Shown piece by piece: positions 25,736-38,416 of a stretch of 64,000 bases of DNA; positions within the stretch are counted from its first letter, which is position 1, and each line of letters begins with the position of its first letter. The position numbers and the translations under genes were made by a program. Source of the stretch: Pelomyxa schiedti (taxonomy: Eukaryota; Protista; Evosea); assembly GCA_020536535.1 (NCBI GenBank), contig JAHLWZ010000253.1:1-64000 (forward strand), given 5' to 3'. Below the pieces are notes generated by a model. That model saw only the letters and a list, made by a program, of their open reading frames with translations, ran no database searches and was not told where the DNA came from.

Positions 25736-28700
25736 TCAGCTGTTATGTGATGATGTGGAGTGGGAATGTCTGTGCATGTGCCTTTGGAAACTCTCTCTTG
25801 AATGGGCAGATGGTGTTAATGTAATAGTGAGGGAGCTTCCTGGGGTTGTTTGGGCCAGTAGGTTCTGTGATGATAATGATTCCCGGAGCTGTGTGAGCTC
25901 TGGGGTTGAGGTGAGTGAGGGGGAAACTGATGAACTGGCTAAGCTTGATGGGATGGATGAGGGTGGTGGTGCTTTCTCAAACTCAGCTAGCAGTTCACCA
26001 GCCAATCGCACCACAATCTTGGGCATTCCTGGCTGTTCCTTGATTGCCTCCACTTTGGGTTTCATGGAGAAGTGCGCAATGAGCTGCGCCTTGCGGTGTG
26101 AGGAGCATTTGGAAAATAGATGCTGCAGCATTTGCATCAGTTGTATTTTCACCTCAGCTTTTACTGAGGTTTCCATCATCTTTTCCAGCAAAATTCCAAC
26201 AAACGCTGTATGTGCTACTTGCCTTGTTACAATGGAGGATGATTTGATTATTCGACCCAAAGGTGACACAATATTTGCTTCTGCCTCGGCTTTTTCAAAT
26301 ACAGTCATGAGTTTGTCAATTTGGCGTGTGTGCTTCAATACGCGACTCACAGGCTCTTTTTCCGTCTCCGACCTTCATTTCCAGTTACTTTACATCTACT
26401 GAATCTATTCATGTAATGCATACCACTTGGCGATACACTCGAGAGCCATAGACATATAACCTCTTTCCTGAAGGACTCTGAGCATGCAATCAAATACACC
26501 ATGTTTCCAAAGAACTGGGCGGATGGCCGATATGCTAGGTAGTTCGACAAGGAGTTGAATACAGGGAGGCCTCAAAACGCGATCGGATGAATATTTCTAT
26601 TTACCGGGTTGATGGCACAAAGGGTTGTTGTAGCACGTACAACTAAATGAGGAACAATTCCTGCATCTACTGCTTCAATTTCCCTTTCCGAGTTAAGACT
26701 GCACAAGCTAGCAAGTACTGTGAGCATCTCAAGACGAATCTTGCATAGTGACGATGAGTGCAACGAAATGAAGGAGAGCGGCATACATTTACAGAAAGTT
26801 TCTCAGGGTCACGTTCAGGGATTTTGTCAAGTCGTTCCACTAAGCCAGTAACCAATCCTGCTTGTTGTAAGGCAGGTATTAGACTCAGGCTTTCAGATGA
26901 AGACAATCCCCTGAAGCACTTGATAATATTTAACTTTCCAATAGAGGGTAAACTATCCAAAATAGGAAGTAGAGCTTTTGTCTTATAAATGCAGGGTCAG
27001 TGCAAGTCGCCAACAAACCTCTAAGAAGCTTCGGCTTCACAAGAAACTCCTTGACATCTAGATCTGCCTGCGCCAGCGTGCGCAAGAGACTGGTCATTTT
27101 CTCAATCAACGGAACTGTGGAGCTGGCTGGGTCTTTGTCAGCAGCCACAGCAGGTAATATTTCAATGATTGTATCCGCAAGGGAGGAGTAGGCAAAAAGT
27201 CTGTCAAAGGTGTTATTTTTGTTTGAACAAAGCTGAGCGTAAGGAAATACCGGCAAATGTCATTGTTTGGGGCTGCACCTCCCTGGACAGGCCCAAAAAT
27301 TCTCACAATGGTATCTATTCCAGTGGAAACAATATCGCGATTATCAGCGTAATAGCTTCTTATCAAGGAGACCAGTACGGAGGGACCACTGCAAGACATA
27401 AACATCTGCGCGGTAGGTGCCTGCGGAATTTCGAGTTAATAAAGGAAAGGTGTCGGTTCTTATAGACATGTATACCTGAAGAGTGGTATCCCCGGATGTG
27501 TTATCAGGGCAAAGGGACTGAACGAATTTAGCTACTTCGGCACGAACCGGTGTCAGAAAGTCGGTGCTGGCAAATCGAGTTACAGCCGGAATTACGCCAA
27601 GGATTGCCATGCTTAACTGCAAATCTGGGCAATTGGTGATAATCTTTGTTTTGAGGCGGTGGAGGCCGAGGTTTTTTGTGAGAAATGGTTTGTATTATGT
27701 AAGGAAAACAGACCTGGTTTATGAGACGAAGTAAAGGTAATAGTACATTGGGTGTTGGATTGCTTAGAAGTTGCACATATGTCATCAGCCCTTGTTTAAC
27801 AAGCCTGGGTTTTACTGCTGGTTGCTTGGTATAATTCCCAAAAATGTCCGTCTTGAGAAGTGAGTACAACTAGAGAACTCAGAACACTACCAGTGAATTA
27901 AGTGTTTTTATAAGGTCTGGTTCTGGAGTTGACACTTTCAGTAACTTTTCAAAGTTTGAAACTTCATTAACTTTAGATACAATCTCTTGTTTTTGTCTTT
28001 CTTTTTCTTCATCTGAACGCTTTTTAGAGTCTGAAAACAAATTTTGGTGTACCTTCTTCGTCATCACTAGTTTCAATTGCATCAAAAATATCATCCTCAG
28101 GTGCTTCGTCATGTGCCGCCACAGGAGCTTTGATCTTTAATTCTAGAACTCCACCATCGCGGGATTTGCCTTGAATTCCTAACAAAATGTCACTAAATAT
28201 TCAGTTGAACTAAGTGGTACCGATATCCAGGTCAAAAGAGCCACTGTCATCATCAGTGTTTGCCTGGATATGCGCCAAGGCCTGACAAATCATTAATGGG
28301 GAAAACACAGAAACAAAGAAAAGAGACCTTTTCCAATGATGTTGGTGTATTTGCCTTTGATGTTTGTGACTGTGAAGTGACTACAGATGAGGATCTGGGC
28401 CCTTTATATTAATTATGGGTTGGCATGACACAAAAAGAAGAGACACACGGCGTAGGGCCTCAGTAAGTGGGCCATTACGACTACGAACTGTGAGTGCAGC
28501 AGTCGGAATTGGGTGGTCATCTTCAAAGCAATCCAAGTCATCATCCAAGATGTCCTTCAGAGAATATCAGAATAAATGGAGAAGATATGAATTACCGGTA
28601 GTTTGAGGGGGAGTGGGGACGGCTTTGGGGTGGGCTTAGGAACTTCTACAAGTTTAGGGGGTCTTTAAATCGATGTGAGAGTTAAGAAGTATCAGGATTG

Positions 28701-30630
28701 ACCAACTTTGGAGAAGCTGGAAGGTGCAGAACAGGAATATCTTCCATATCAAAAGCTTCATCCCAATCATTATCCACATCTGGTTTTATGTTCACCTTTG
28801 GAGGTGGTGGTGCAGCCTGGAACATGCTATTGCTCCAGTTAAAAATAAACCACTAACAAAGGATTAACTTCTCCAGAGACACTCGGCCAGAAGGCTTTGT
28901 TTCAATTGAGGCAATAGGTTCAATGGCTACTTTGGATATAGGTTTTTGGGGTGATGGTTGAGGGACAGCTTGGCTTGTTGCTTTTTGGGGCTTTGGTGCT
29001 TTCTTAAGTTTCTCATTTTTCAGTTTGTTTATAAGTTGTCCAACACCAGGGTCATCGTCAGTTGCATCCGGTCCATGCGGAACTTCTGATTGAGCATCCT
29101 GGGGAAATGGAAGAAGGAGAAGTGGGAGAACAAAGACAAACCACAGTTCTTTTGGCATCCGTGATCCATCTGTGTTTCAACAATTGTTGTGCACCAAGAC
29201 GTCTTGAAGGGTCTTTTTGCAAGGCATCCATCAGCCATTCACGTAAACTCTTGGTTGATCCACTTGAGTAACAGAAATTACATAAACAAGCAAAGTACAC
29301 AGCAATTCACCACAGCCATGAAAAAAAATTTTCATACAGGTGACACAGTCTCTGGTATTGGTGGAGAGTCATCCTGTACAATGCGAAATAAAGCGGACAT
29401 TGGTACAAGGTCAAAGTATGGGGGAGCCCCTGTAAGGAGCTCGATAACAGTGCAACCGACACTCCTGAGCTCAGTTAATGCAATAAAATGGGGAAAACTG
29501 AGGCAAGCAATAATAAATGGGGTGGAGAACAAACCAGATATCAGACTTTGTGGTAGCTCCACTCAGATCAATGATCTCAGGAGCCACTTGTGAAGTGTTA
29601 AAGTTTTTTTCAAAAAATTAACCAACTGACATACTCCAATAAGGAGACCCCATAACAGACATATTATTTGTTTGGTTAACCAGAGAGGCAACCCCAAAAT
29701 CAGCTATCTTGATTTCACTATCCTTAGTTACCAGTATAACAGTAAAGGAAAACAATTTGTGTGTGCATTTATGGGTTTTTTTAAACAAAGTGGATATAAA
29801 TGTTGGCAGCTTTGATATCCCTTCGAAGTTGTCAGTCATAGGAAGAAGGGGATTTTTCACCATACCTATGTATGACACCTTCGTCATGTAGAAAAATTAA
29901 TCCTTCCAGAACCTAGTTAGGGTAAGCCATTACATCAGCTGAAATTCGGTAAAATACTTGAGCTATGTAAACTGCAATTAACAGTTCTGGAAAATTTCCG
30001 TATTTTTTTAATATACTCTGCAGTGAACCATTCTCAATGTATCTATAAATCATCAATCAAGATCCCTCAAAAAATTAAAACTACTCACTCCATAACAATG
30101 TTGAGATGCTCACTTGTTTGACAGTATGTGATATATCGCACAATGTTTTTGTGGTTTAAACTTTCCAGTAGATCAATCTCAGCCTACACGGCAAGGTGCG
30201 GTTACCAAAAGAAGGATTCCCTTAGAAATTTCGTTACCAACGAACCATTATATTATCCAACTGTTCTTTAGGCAGATTGGAGAGCTGAATTTGTTTTATA
30301 GCAACAAATTTGGCAGTTTCAAGGTGCAACCCTGAACACAGAAAGTAAGTGATTACTAAGGCAGTCACATTAAGATGAACCTTGGTACACAGTCCCAAAA
30401 CCGCCCTTTCCAATTTTGGGGCCAATTGTCTAAAATTACACAGAAGCAGGAGAAAGAAAGCAGAGCAAGAGTAAGAAATGCATTCCCACAATCAAAGAAA
30501 AGTGAAAAGTAACAAAGTAGTGGAAGTGAAAAGGGGAAAGGGGAGCACAGAGTGATCTTGCTACACACATAAGTTCCTTTTTTGGTTTTGATTCGCTGAG
30601 TCGGTGGTTGAACGCCCGGAGTCGGGGCAT
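25736..30630 (-). CDS. STE-group Ser/Thr kinase of the Cdc15/Cdc7/SepA/MAP3K-epsilon type with C-terminal ARM/HEAT repeats
   Basis: [104 protein letters not shown]. Confidence 0.9.
29734..29797 (-). other. U12-type (minor spliceosome) AT-AC intron, 64 nt
   Basis: Minus strand ...AAC ATT T|ATATCCAC...TTTTCCTTTACTGTTATAC|TG GTA ACT; removal restores kinase subdomain VIb NILVTKD. Confidence 0.9.
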
Positions 30631-30864
30631 CGCTGCCCAGTCCGTCTCCAAAAAATGGTGGGTTCGACGTCGCGTTGTCTTTCGGGCCCCGTTAAATGTG
30701 AGCCTTGGCCTGGTCTACTCGATAGTTGTTTTTTCTTGGTGTTGTTTGTTTTGTTTTCCTGTTCTTCGGCTCTTTCACCATAAATTTTGATAAAGAGATC
30801 CAGGCAGCATAAAAACAAGCGGAGCGGAACGCGTTTATGTCCCGCATTTTTTTCCCTTGGCACG

Positions 30865-32297
30865 ATGTTAGTGATGGAGCAGGGGAGTGGTGCCAACCGG
30901 CGACGCGTTGTTGCGGTGATGTGCTACTCACTTATGGGACACACTCGGCACGTGGCCGATTACCTTTGCTCCGCGCTTTCGTCGATCTCTCCCAACTTGG
31001 TCGCGGCACAGGTCGTCGACATTGTTCCTGCCGTGAGGCACGCCTCGTTCCCACAATCCAGTACCGCCTTGGCCGGTACTTTTCCCCTTCTTGGTGCATT
31101 TAAGGCTGGCACTGTGACCCTCTACTTTTTTTTTCACTTCTTAGTTACTATTTAAGAACAGGATTCCAAAAGCTACGCCGACGCAATGGCCATTTTAGCT
31201 ACAAGTGAGGTCGTTGGTGTGTGCTTTTTATCCTGGGGTTTATGTCCCCCACCAGGAGTTAGAGAATTTCTGCATAATGTAGGTACTTTTTTTTTTCTTT
31301 TTTTTTTTATCAAAGTTACACTATTACCCTTTTCACAAAAGAATGGAGCAATAACTCTTAACAATATAAAGATACCAAGTAGTTTTCTCTGTGGAAAGCC
31401 CGTGTTTGCATTTTGCACCTATGGGCAGTTGGCTGGATATTGTGCAGAAGATGCTATAAGTATTCTGTGTAGCAAGGGCGCTATAAGTTTCTCGGTTCGA
31501 TCACATCTTTGCGACAAGGGCACTCAATTTTTTTTTAACAGACTTTTTCCGTCCAAGCACCAGATACCTGGCTTTGGTATTCCCCCAGGAAACCGAGAAA
31601 GTATGTATGGGGAACAGATTGCATGCTCCCAGCGCAAAACTTTGCCATTAAACTGAACCGCGAACTAAACACCTTCTGGATGACCCACTCACCCCCATCC
31701 TATCCCACATACAAGTGGAGGAGATACATACCATTCCGAAACTTTCCCTCACGAGTAAGGTACTCCGTTCCCTGACTCTCCAGTCTAATTTCCAAATAGA
31801 TTCTGAGATATGTCATGGGCCCCATACACTACGACCCCACCAAGTGCAGGCCGTGCGGGAAGTGTGTCAAACTATGCCCAGTCTCTGCCCTCACACACTT
31901 ACGCCACTCTCATTCCCAACAATCACTACCAACCGATATCAGCAACAACATTGAGGACCTGAGGCCCGTCTACAACTACAGTCACTGCCTCGTCTGCGGC
32001 CGTTGTGTGGCCTCGTGCCCCCATAATGCATTTAGTGCCTGCGGCATCTCACACACCACCCACAACATCCACGTGATGCCAATCTCGGCTGACCGTGGGG
32101 CCATTCCGCAGCCACAGAATCAATTGGGACTGAAACCGAAGCAGGATACACTGAACCTTACCCAGGCTGGCCCCAACAATTGGACGTGGGTGTACATGCA
32201 ATGCAACTTTGCGAGGGCAATGACACACAGGAGCCTTTTTTGGCTGGCTTTGCTGTGCCTCCTTTTTGTCAGCGTCATTTCGTTCTTTTTTTTGTGA
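30865..32297 (+). CDS. EFR1-family flavodoxin + 2x[4Fe-4S] ferredoxin fusion with C-terminal transmembrane segment
   Basis: Flavodoxin strand/loop VAVMCYSLMGHTRHVA, GKPVFAFCTYG; two CxxCxxCxxxCP motifs (CRPCGKCVKLCP, CLVCGRCVASCP); terminal SLFWLALLCLLFVSVISFFFL. Confidence 0.85.
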
Positions 32298-32402
32298 GAG
32301 AACAAAAGAAAAGGTGTCACTTTCTCACCTCAACTTCCCTCGGATTCTCCGCCACTGAGAAACCATCAAAAACATTTTTTTGAGGAAAAAGGGGAAAGGG
32401 AG

Positions 32403-33394
32403 ATGGCGCAGCTGTACCAGTCGTTAAATCCCAGCGAGACGATATACTGGGACAAAAAGACGTTTACGTGGGAGGACTTCCAGGAGGCCATTGTGCGGAC
32501 CTCGACGTTGTACATAGGCAATTTGTCATTTTATACCAGCGAGGAGCAGATCCACGAGCTCTTTTCAAAGTGCGGCAGTACGTGCTCTTCACTATGCCTC
32601 TCGAATGTTGCCGTTTACGCTCTCTTTCTCCGCGTTCTGGTGGCGGCATTTTATGGTGACAAAAGGCAAAATAGGTATTAAGAGAATTATAATGGGATTG
32701 GACTACCAGAAGAAGACCCCTTGCGGCTTTGCTTTCGTAGAGTATCAAATCACCAATTACAAAACCTCCCGGCGCCTAATTGCACCCCAAGACTTTAGCC
32801 CTACCCTTTTTTGAGGAAACAAGCAATTAACCACAAATTGCAGGTATTACCAGAGATCAGACGCTGCAGACGCAATTAAATACATAAACGGCACGAGACT
32901 TGACGACAGGTTAATTCGCACAGACTGGGATCCCGGTTGGAAGCAGGGCAGACAGTTTGGACGTGGACCAAGTGGTGGGCAGGTATTTTGTTGCCCACAA
33001 CTGACCGTCATGATTACCGCTATACCCGCACAGATTAGAGACGAATTCCGTGAGGATTTCGATCCTGGGCGAGGGGGATTGGGTGCCATGGCAAAGAAGC
33101 GAACTGACGTTGTTGCCACTGTGGGCGCCACGGGATTCCCCATTTCCCCCGGCGTTGTACCCACTCCACCTCAAAGACAAAGTACGTTCGACTTTTACTT
33201 TCTGTGCCTGACAAAGAACAGTTAAGAGACCCCCCGATGAGAGAGAATCATCACCAACAACTAAAAGATACCGCTACTCCTCTGACGTGAGTCGGTTTGT
33301 TTCAAGTTTTATTCCCTTAGTTTCTCCATAGAACCCTCGATTTGAACACAAGCACGGGAGACGGGGCTCTGATGATGAAAATCACTCGGAGTAA
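32403..33394 (+). CDS. NCBP2: Nuclear cap-binding protein subunit 2 (CBP20)
   Basis: [90 protein letters not shown]. Confidence 0.97.
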
Positions 33395-33449
33395 ATAACA
33401 AAACAAATAGAAGCAGAACTTCGTCTAGTTACTTTTTCTTCCTATCAAA

Positions 33450-34208
33450 TTATGAATAGCCACCATTAGCAAAATCAGCAAACTGGAAAAAAGGAGTTAG
33501 GTTGAAGTCTGTGTTATTCCATTTTACATAAAAAATTGTGGGGAGTACCTCATTGAAGGAAATTTTTCCATTGTGGTTAGAATCCAACTTTGCCAAAGCT
33601 TGTTGCTCAGTGAGGGTGGTCAGATGGCGTTTCACAAGGTCGGCATACAGGGCCTTGAACTCTGTGCGGTCCAGTTGCCCAGACTTGTCCTTATCAAAGA
33701 AGCTGAAGTACTCTAACAAGTTGTTGTGTGCCCTCAGTGATAAATACATAAGGCAAGGATGCTACACACGGGAAGCTTGTTTTCTCCTCGCCATCTCTGC
33801 GGCATCGAGGTCCCTGAATTTATCAGCACGGCGCCACCACGCAAGGAATTCCTGTAAAAGATCGCCCATGACTTTTAAATACATGTTCGTGTTGGGGTGT
33901 GTATATTCATTGCATTATTTATACACAAAGTAAGGTAAGTAACAAATGAGTGCTTACATTGTAGAGTACGTGGCCGTCGCCGTTGACGTCGATCTGCCTC
34001 AGCACGTCACTCAACTGAGTTGGTGTCAGGAAGTAGCCCAGCTCGTACAGCATCGAGTGCACTTCACTTGTTTCCAACGACCCGGTGCCATCAGCATCGT
34101 ACTTGGAGAACACTGACCGAATCTACACGCACACACCCCTCTTGGTTAGAAAGCCAACAACACAAAAACCGAATGACATACGATCATCTCTGGTGTGTTG
34201 GCGTCCAT
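33450..34208 (-). CDS. Calmodulin-like four-EF-hand calcium-binding protein
   Basis: EF loops DADGTGSLETSE, DVNGDGHVLYNE, DKDKSGQLDRTE, DSNHNGKISFNE. Confidence 0.9.
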
Positions 34209-34358
34209 TTCGTGTGGCTTGTTTCGTTTTTTTTTTTATTTTTGTTTGTTTTAAACGGGTATGAGATTTTTTAGAGGAAAGGAGCAAAACCATGCAAACT
34301 TTCAAGGTTTCAACAGACAAAAGTGATAAAATAGGTAAGGAAGGTATGTGTTGGTTTT

Positions 34359-35549
34359 TCAGGACCTCTTGGTTTTTTTGCCCTTGGCACCACCGAGAGA
34401 GGGCCAGGATTGAACACCGGCGACGGCAACGGGTTCGGTGGTCTGCCGTAGTTGCTGTTGGATGGCCCAGTCTGTGATGGGTGCAGAGGCGGCCTTGGAG
34501 GGTTGTGCTGGGGTAGAGCGTTGTTGGGTTGTTGTCGTAGAGGCAGAAGTTGATGTGGAAATGGAAATGGTAACAGTGCTTTTGGCGGGTTGTGTGCCAT
34601 TGAGTGATTGCGATTGGTCGTGTGCCATTTGTTGTTGCTGTTGTTGTTGAGTGCGGTAGGTGTTATAGGTCGCAAACGTGGGATACACTGACCATAGTCC
34701 TTCAAGCCTTGCCATTGATTCCATCAGAATTGACATAAGTTTGCCATAGCCAACTATTATTGCTGAAACCGCGGCACGCTGGGGGTCATCTGCCTGTGCC
34801 GCATTAGGAGTGTCATATAAGTGGAATCAGATACCTGGAGGCGGAATTCCCTGTGGGCCTCAAGGAAACGCACAAACTCTGCCCGACGTAGAATTAGACA
34901 TGTGTAAGGGTTTCTTAGGGTTACACACCTGAAGTGAATTTATGGGCCCAACGCATGCCGCCCAGAAGCATGTTCATAAAGGCATGAAGGTTCATTGACG
35001 CCTTCTCGTTCGGATTTTTTTCATTCTGAATGGTGAATCGGTCGCTTGAAGCTGTAAGTGTAAACGCTCCTTGTACCTGTGCCTAAAGAGATGTAGGCAT
35101 TAGTGAGAAGCTAATGCACTCTGACTTGCCTTATCGTGTTCACAAAGGATTGAAGCAACAGCATCAACCCACGAGGTGACGTTTTTGAAATTGTCAACGT
35201 TTGTACCACCCAAGGGCCAGTCTTTCCCGTTGAACGAAATGACAAGACCTCCCTATCCAAAAAAAAAAAAAAAAGAATAAGACCACAGCAAAGAAAGAAA
35301 GAAAATACCAAATACCTTGATAGGAGAGTTACGGTTGGCTAGATACACATCCAGTAATCTGTCATTTGCAGCATCGGGATCTAAAGCGGCGAGAGCGTCC
35401 AGAGCAACCCACTTGAATTTGTCCGTCGTAGTCATTGTGCCCACCATCGACTCGCTCGCCTCACCGCCCCACTGCCACGCTGTCGGCAGTCCAACAACAA
35501 CGGACACGTTGCGTACGGTCTGTCGGTAAACAGGTTGTCCCAGAAGCAT
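34359..35549 (-). CDS. Hypothetical protein, 5 exons, Q/T-rich C-terminus ending in a basic stretch (AKGKKTKRS)
   Basis: Continuous ORF after removing three GT-AG introns and one AAG|GCAAGT GC-AG intron; no recognisable domain. Confidence 0.7.
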
Positions 35550-35803
35550 TTCTTTTCCTTCTCTGTTGTTGTTGTTCGTACGATCTTGGGCTGGCCCTTT
35601 CTGTCGTGGCTCGTGTCCTTTGACCCGGCTTTTTTTTTTCCTTTTTCTTATCTTTCTTTGACCGGTGAAATTTGGCAATTGCATGCAGGGAAGTGCTGCA
35701 CGCTTTTCGTGCACCACGGAAAAAAACTTTGGCTCGAAGTAATGGAACGAACAAAAACACTATGTCATGTTACAAAGGCTTTGGATTTTCTTGGGTTTGT
35801 TCC

Positions 35804-38416
35804 CTAGGGAATGTTATGCACAGTGAATGCATCAGAGTCCATTATCAACTGGAATAGTTCCTCGTCCGTGTAATTTTTTTGGTGTGTATCACAGGGAGGC
35901 ATCGAGGCCGTTGTAGGAGTTGTGGTTACACTTGTATTTGTTGGGGTGGGGAGTGGTTGTAGTAACTGGTGGTGTTGCTGAGGGGATGTTGACAGCAGTG
36001 GGTGCTGTTGGTTTGGTGTCATGGGTTGTTGCTGCAATTGCATTTGCATTGGCATTGGTATTGGCATTGGCATTGGCATTGGTTGTGTTTGTGTGAGGTA
36101 AGGGCTTTGCAATTGCAGTGTGAGGGGCAGCGGTGGCGGAGGAACTGGAGAGGCCGCCTGTTGCTGCTGCCCAGGAATTTGTAAATTGGACATTTGCCTT
36201 TGTTGCTGTTGTTGAAGCTGGTGAAGCATCATCTCGGATAGGTGTTGAGCAGTTTGTTGGTCTAATGGCGGCATTTGTTGTTGTGGTGGTGGTTGTGGGG
36301 GTGGCTGCTGTTGCTGTTGTGGTGATGGCGGTGGTTGGAGTGGGAGACGGTGACTTGAGTAATTGTGAGGAATGCTAATGGCGTTTGTATTAATGTTATT
36401 TGATATGTTGGCACACTGGTCCAGAACGGCTGAGGATGAAATGCATGGAACATACCCACCGCACCCGTCTTCAGTATATCCTGTGTGACCATTATTCAAC
36501 TAGTAAAGAGGGGACATTTGTTACTTGTAGGTTGTGTACTATATGTGACATATTGTTGCTGGCCAGTGTCTTGACTCTGATCAGCATTTGAGGTTGGGTT
36601 TACAGATTGATGAGGTATGGTGCAGTTGGAAGTGGTGATATACTGAAGTTGTGGGGGCATTCCCTGCCCTGTATCCAACCAGTAAGTTTGCTAGTGTAGA
36701 GTTATTGTGATGTTAATTTATTACAATAACAATATAACCTGACTAGCAACTGGTTGGACAGAAGGGTATGGGTATGCCAATGTACGTGCAGGTGGGCGAG
36801 ATGACGTCCGCGTGGCACGAGAATGAGGATTATACACGTTAGGAGATACTGGAGAGATATGTGGACCAGAGCCTTCAATCATAGGTGGCCCACTTTGAAG
36901 AAGTTATTCGATTAGTAAGTATGTTTAAGGTCTCACATTGCAGGTGGAAGGGCTTGAAGGCCTGTTAGTCGTGATTCCACAGTGTGAAGACGAACTGACA
37001 CAATATCTAAGAGAGGTTTTCCTAAAACCCAATGTTAACGAAAAGAGAAAGGTTCTTGTACAAGGAACCTTCTGGATTTAAGAAAATCCTATGTGTGTCA
37101 TTTGCACTGAATAGTCTGCCATCTTTATGGACATACACCTGATCAATATCTATGGTGTTGTTCATGTTTTTTTGCAATATCTCCATGGTCCGGTCGACAT
37201 AATCTCGGTGAATTAATTTGTGCCAGGCCATTCCCATTACTTCCTCCTTTGGTTTGTTAAGAAAACATATTAACATAGTAGAACCCTACCACACCATATC
37301 CCAAAACTTGACAAAATCTCTCTGTGGCATTCAAAACTGTAGCAGGATTTTGGCTAAGATCGAATATCACAATTGCTTGTTGGTCTTGCAACAACATCTC
37401 CTGGGTTGCTGGGGCAGGGGCAGGGGTACTTGGGCTCGAAACAAGCATTGCCCGTCCCATCCGGAGAAGTGGTGTACGCTCATGGTCAGTGCCACGCCCG
37501 TCACCTTTAGAACAGAATAACTCGTTAGTCCCAATAAAGATTTACAGTTAAAGACAGTTGGGAGCAAGTACATACTGCTTACTTCAGACACAACAGGTTG
37601 TGATGTCCCAGAGGATGCTGGGGATAAAGAAGGCGACGTGCTGGCCGAAAGTGCCATCTCCAACCTTTCATTCTGTTTTCTAAGAGACAGAACTTCCTCA
37701 TGGAGTTTCTTTTGCTCTCTTTTCATAACACTCAATTCACCCAGAATGAACGATGGATCAAGCTGATTTAAAGTAGGTTAGTATATTGATAGCCAGGAAA
37801 TGGATACTACTTTGGCAGCAGAGGATTGTGAATGCAATCTACGATTAATGCTGTCCCTGTGAAACATCAGCTTTACAAGCTTAGTCATACAAAGAACACA
37901 CGCGCTGAGGCACATATGAGGCACTTTCATGCTCACACAGCGGCTGCATGGTGAATTGTGGTCACACACCATCTTGGCTTTCTATTCACAAGGAATGTAA
38001 GGTGAATTGCAGGATACATACATTTAGAAACGCACAGCCAAATAAACAAACAAAGAAAGAAAGAAACCAATCATCCAATCATCAAGTTAGTCGCGACCAG
38101 CCACAAAACGCACCAAACACAGAAAGCAGTCAGCAGTTGCAGAATTCGAATTCGACTGAGACTGAGAGTCAGGCTCAGGTAGCAAATAATCAGGCCTCCC
38201 TCTCGTGCGCACGCTCGATGGCGTGGCAGCCTGGCTCACTGGCGACGGAGGCTTCTGCCTAGATGGGATTCCGTGTGACTGTGACTGATACTGAGATTGT
38301 GCCTGAGATTGGTATTTTCTGGTGTGTGGGTGGTGCACAATTTGGTGCTGGGACTGTTGTTGTGGGGGTGGGGATTGGATAATTTGAATTTGGGGCGATT
38401 GGGCAACCTGCTGCAT
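35804..38416 (-). CDS. Zn(II)2Cys6 binuclear-cluster transcription factor with coiled coil, PAS domain and Q/P-rich activation tail
   Basis: Spliced (intron 37982-38113) CFLC-LKAKMV-C-DHNSP-CSRC-VSMKVPHM-C; heptads LHEEVLSLRKQNERL; PAS-like IVIFD..VLNATERFCQVLGY..EEVMG..LIH..YVHKDG. Confidence 0.85.
36043..36082. repeat. Coding hexamer tandem repeat (ATTGGC)n encoding PM dipeptides within a polyQ/P region
   Basis: ttgcattggcattggtattggcattggcattggcattgg read directly. Confidence 0.8.

Noticed and set aside
37764-37810. GTATCC-starting donor in the Zn2Cys6 gene
   Set aside because: The intron has a canonical U2 TACTAAC branch site and an alternative GT three nt upstream
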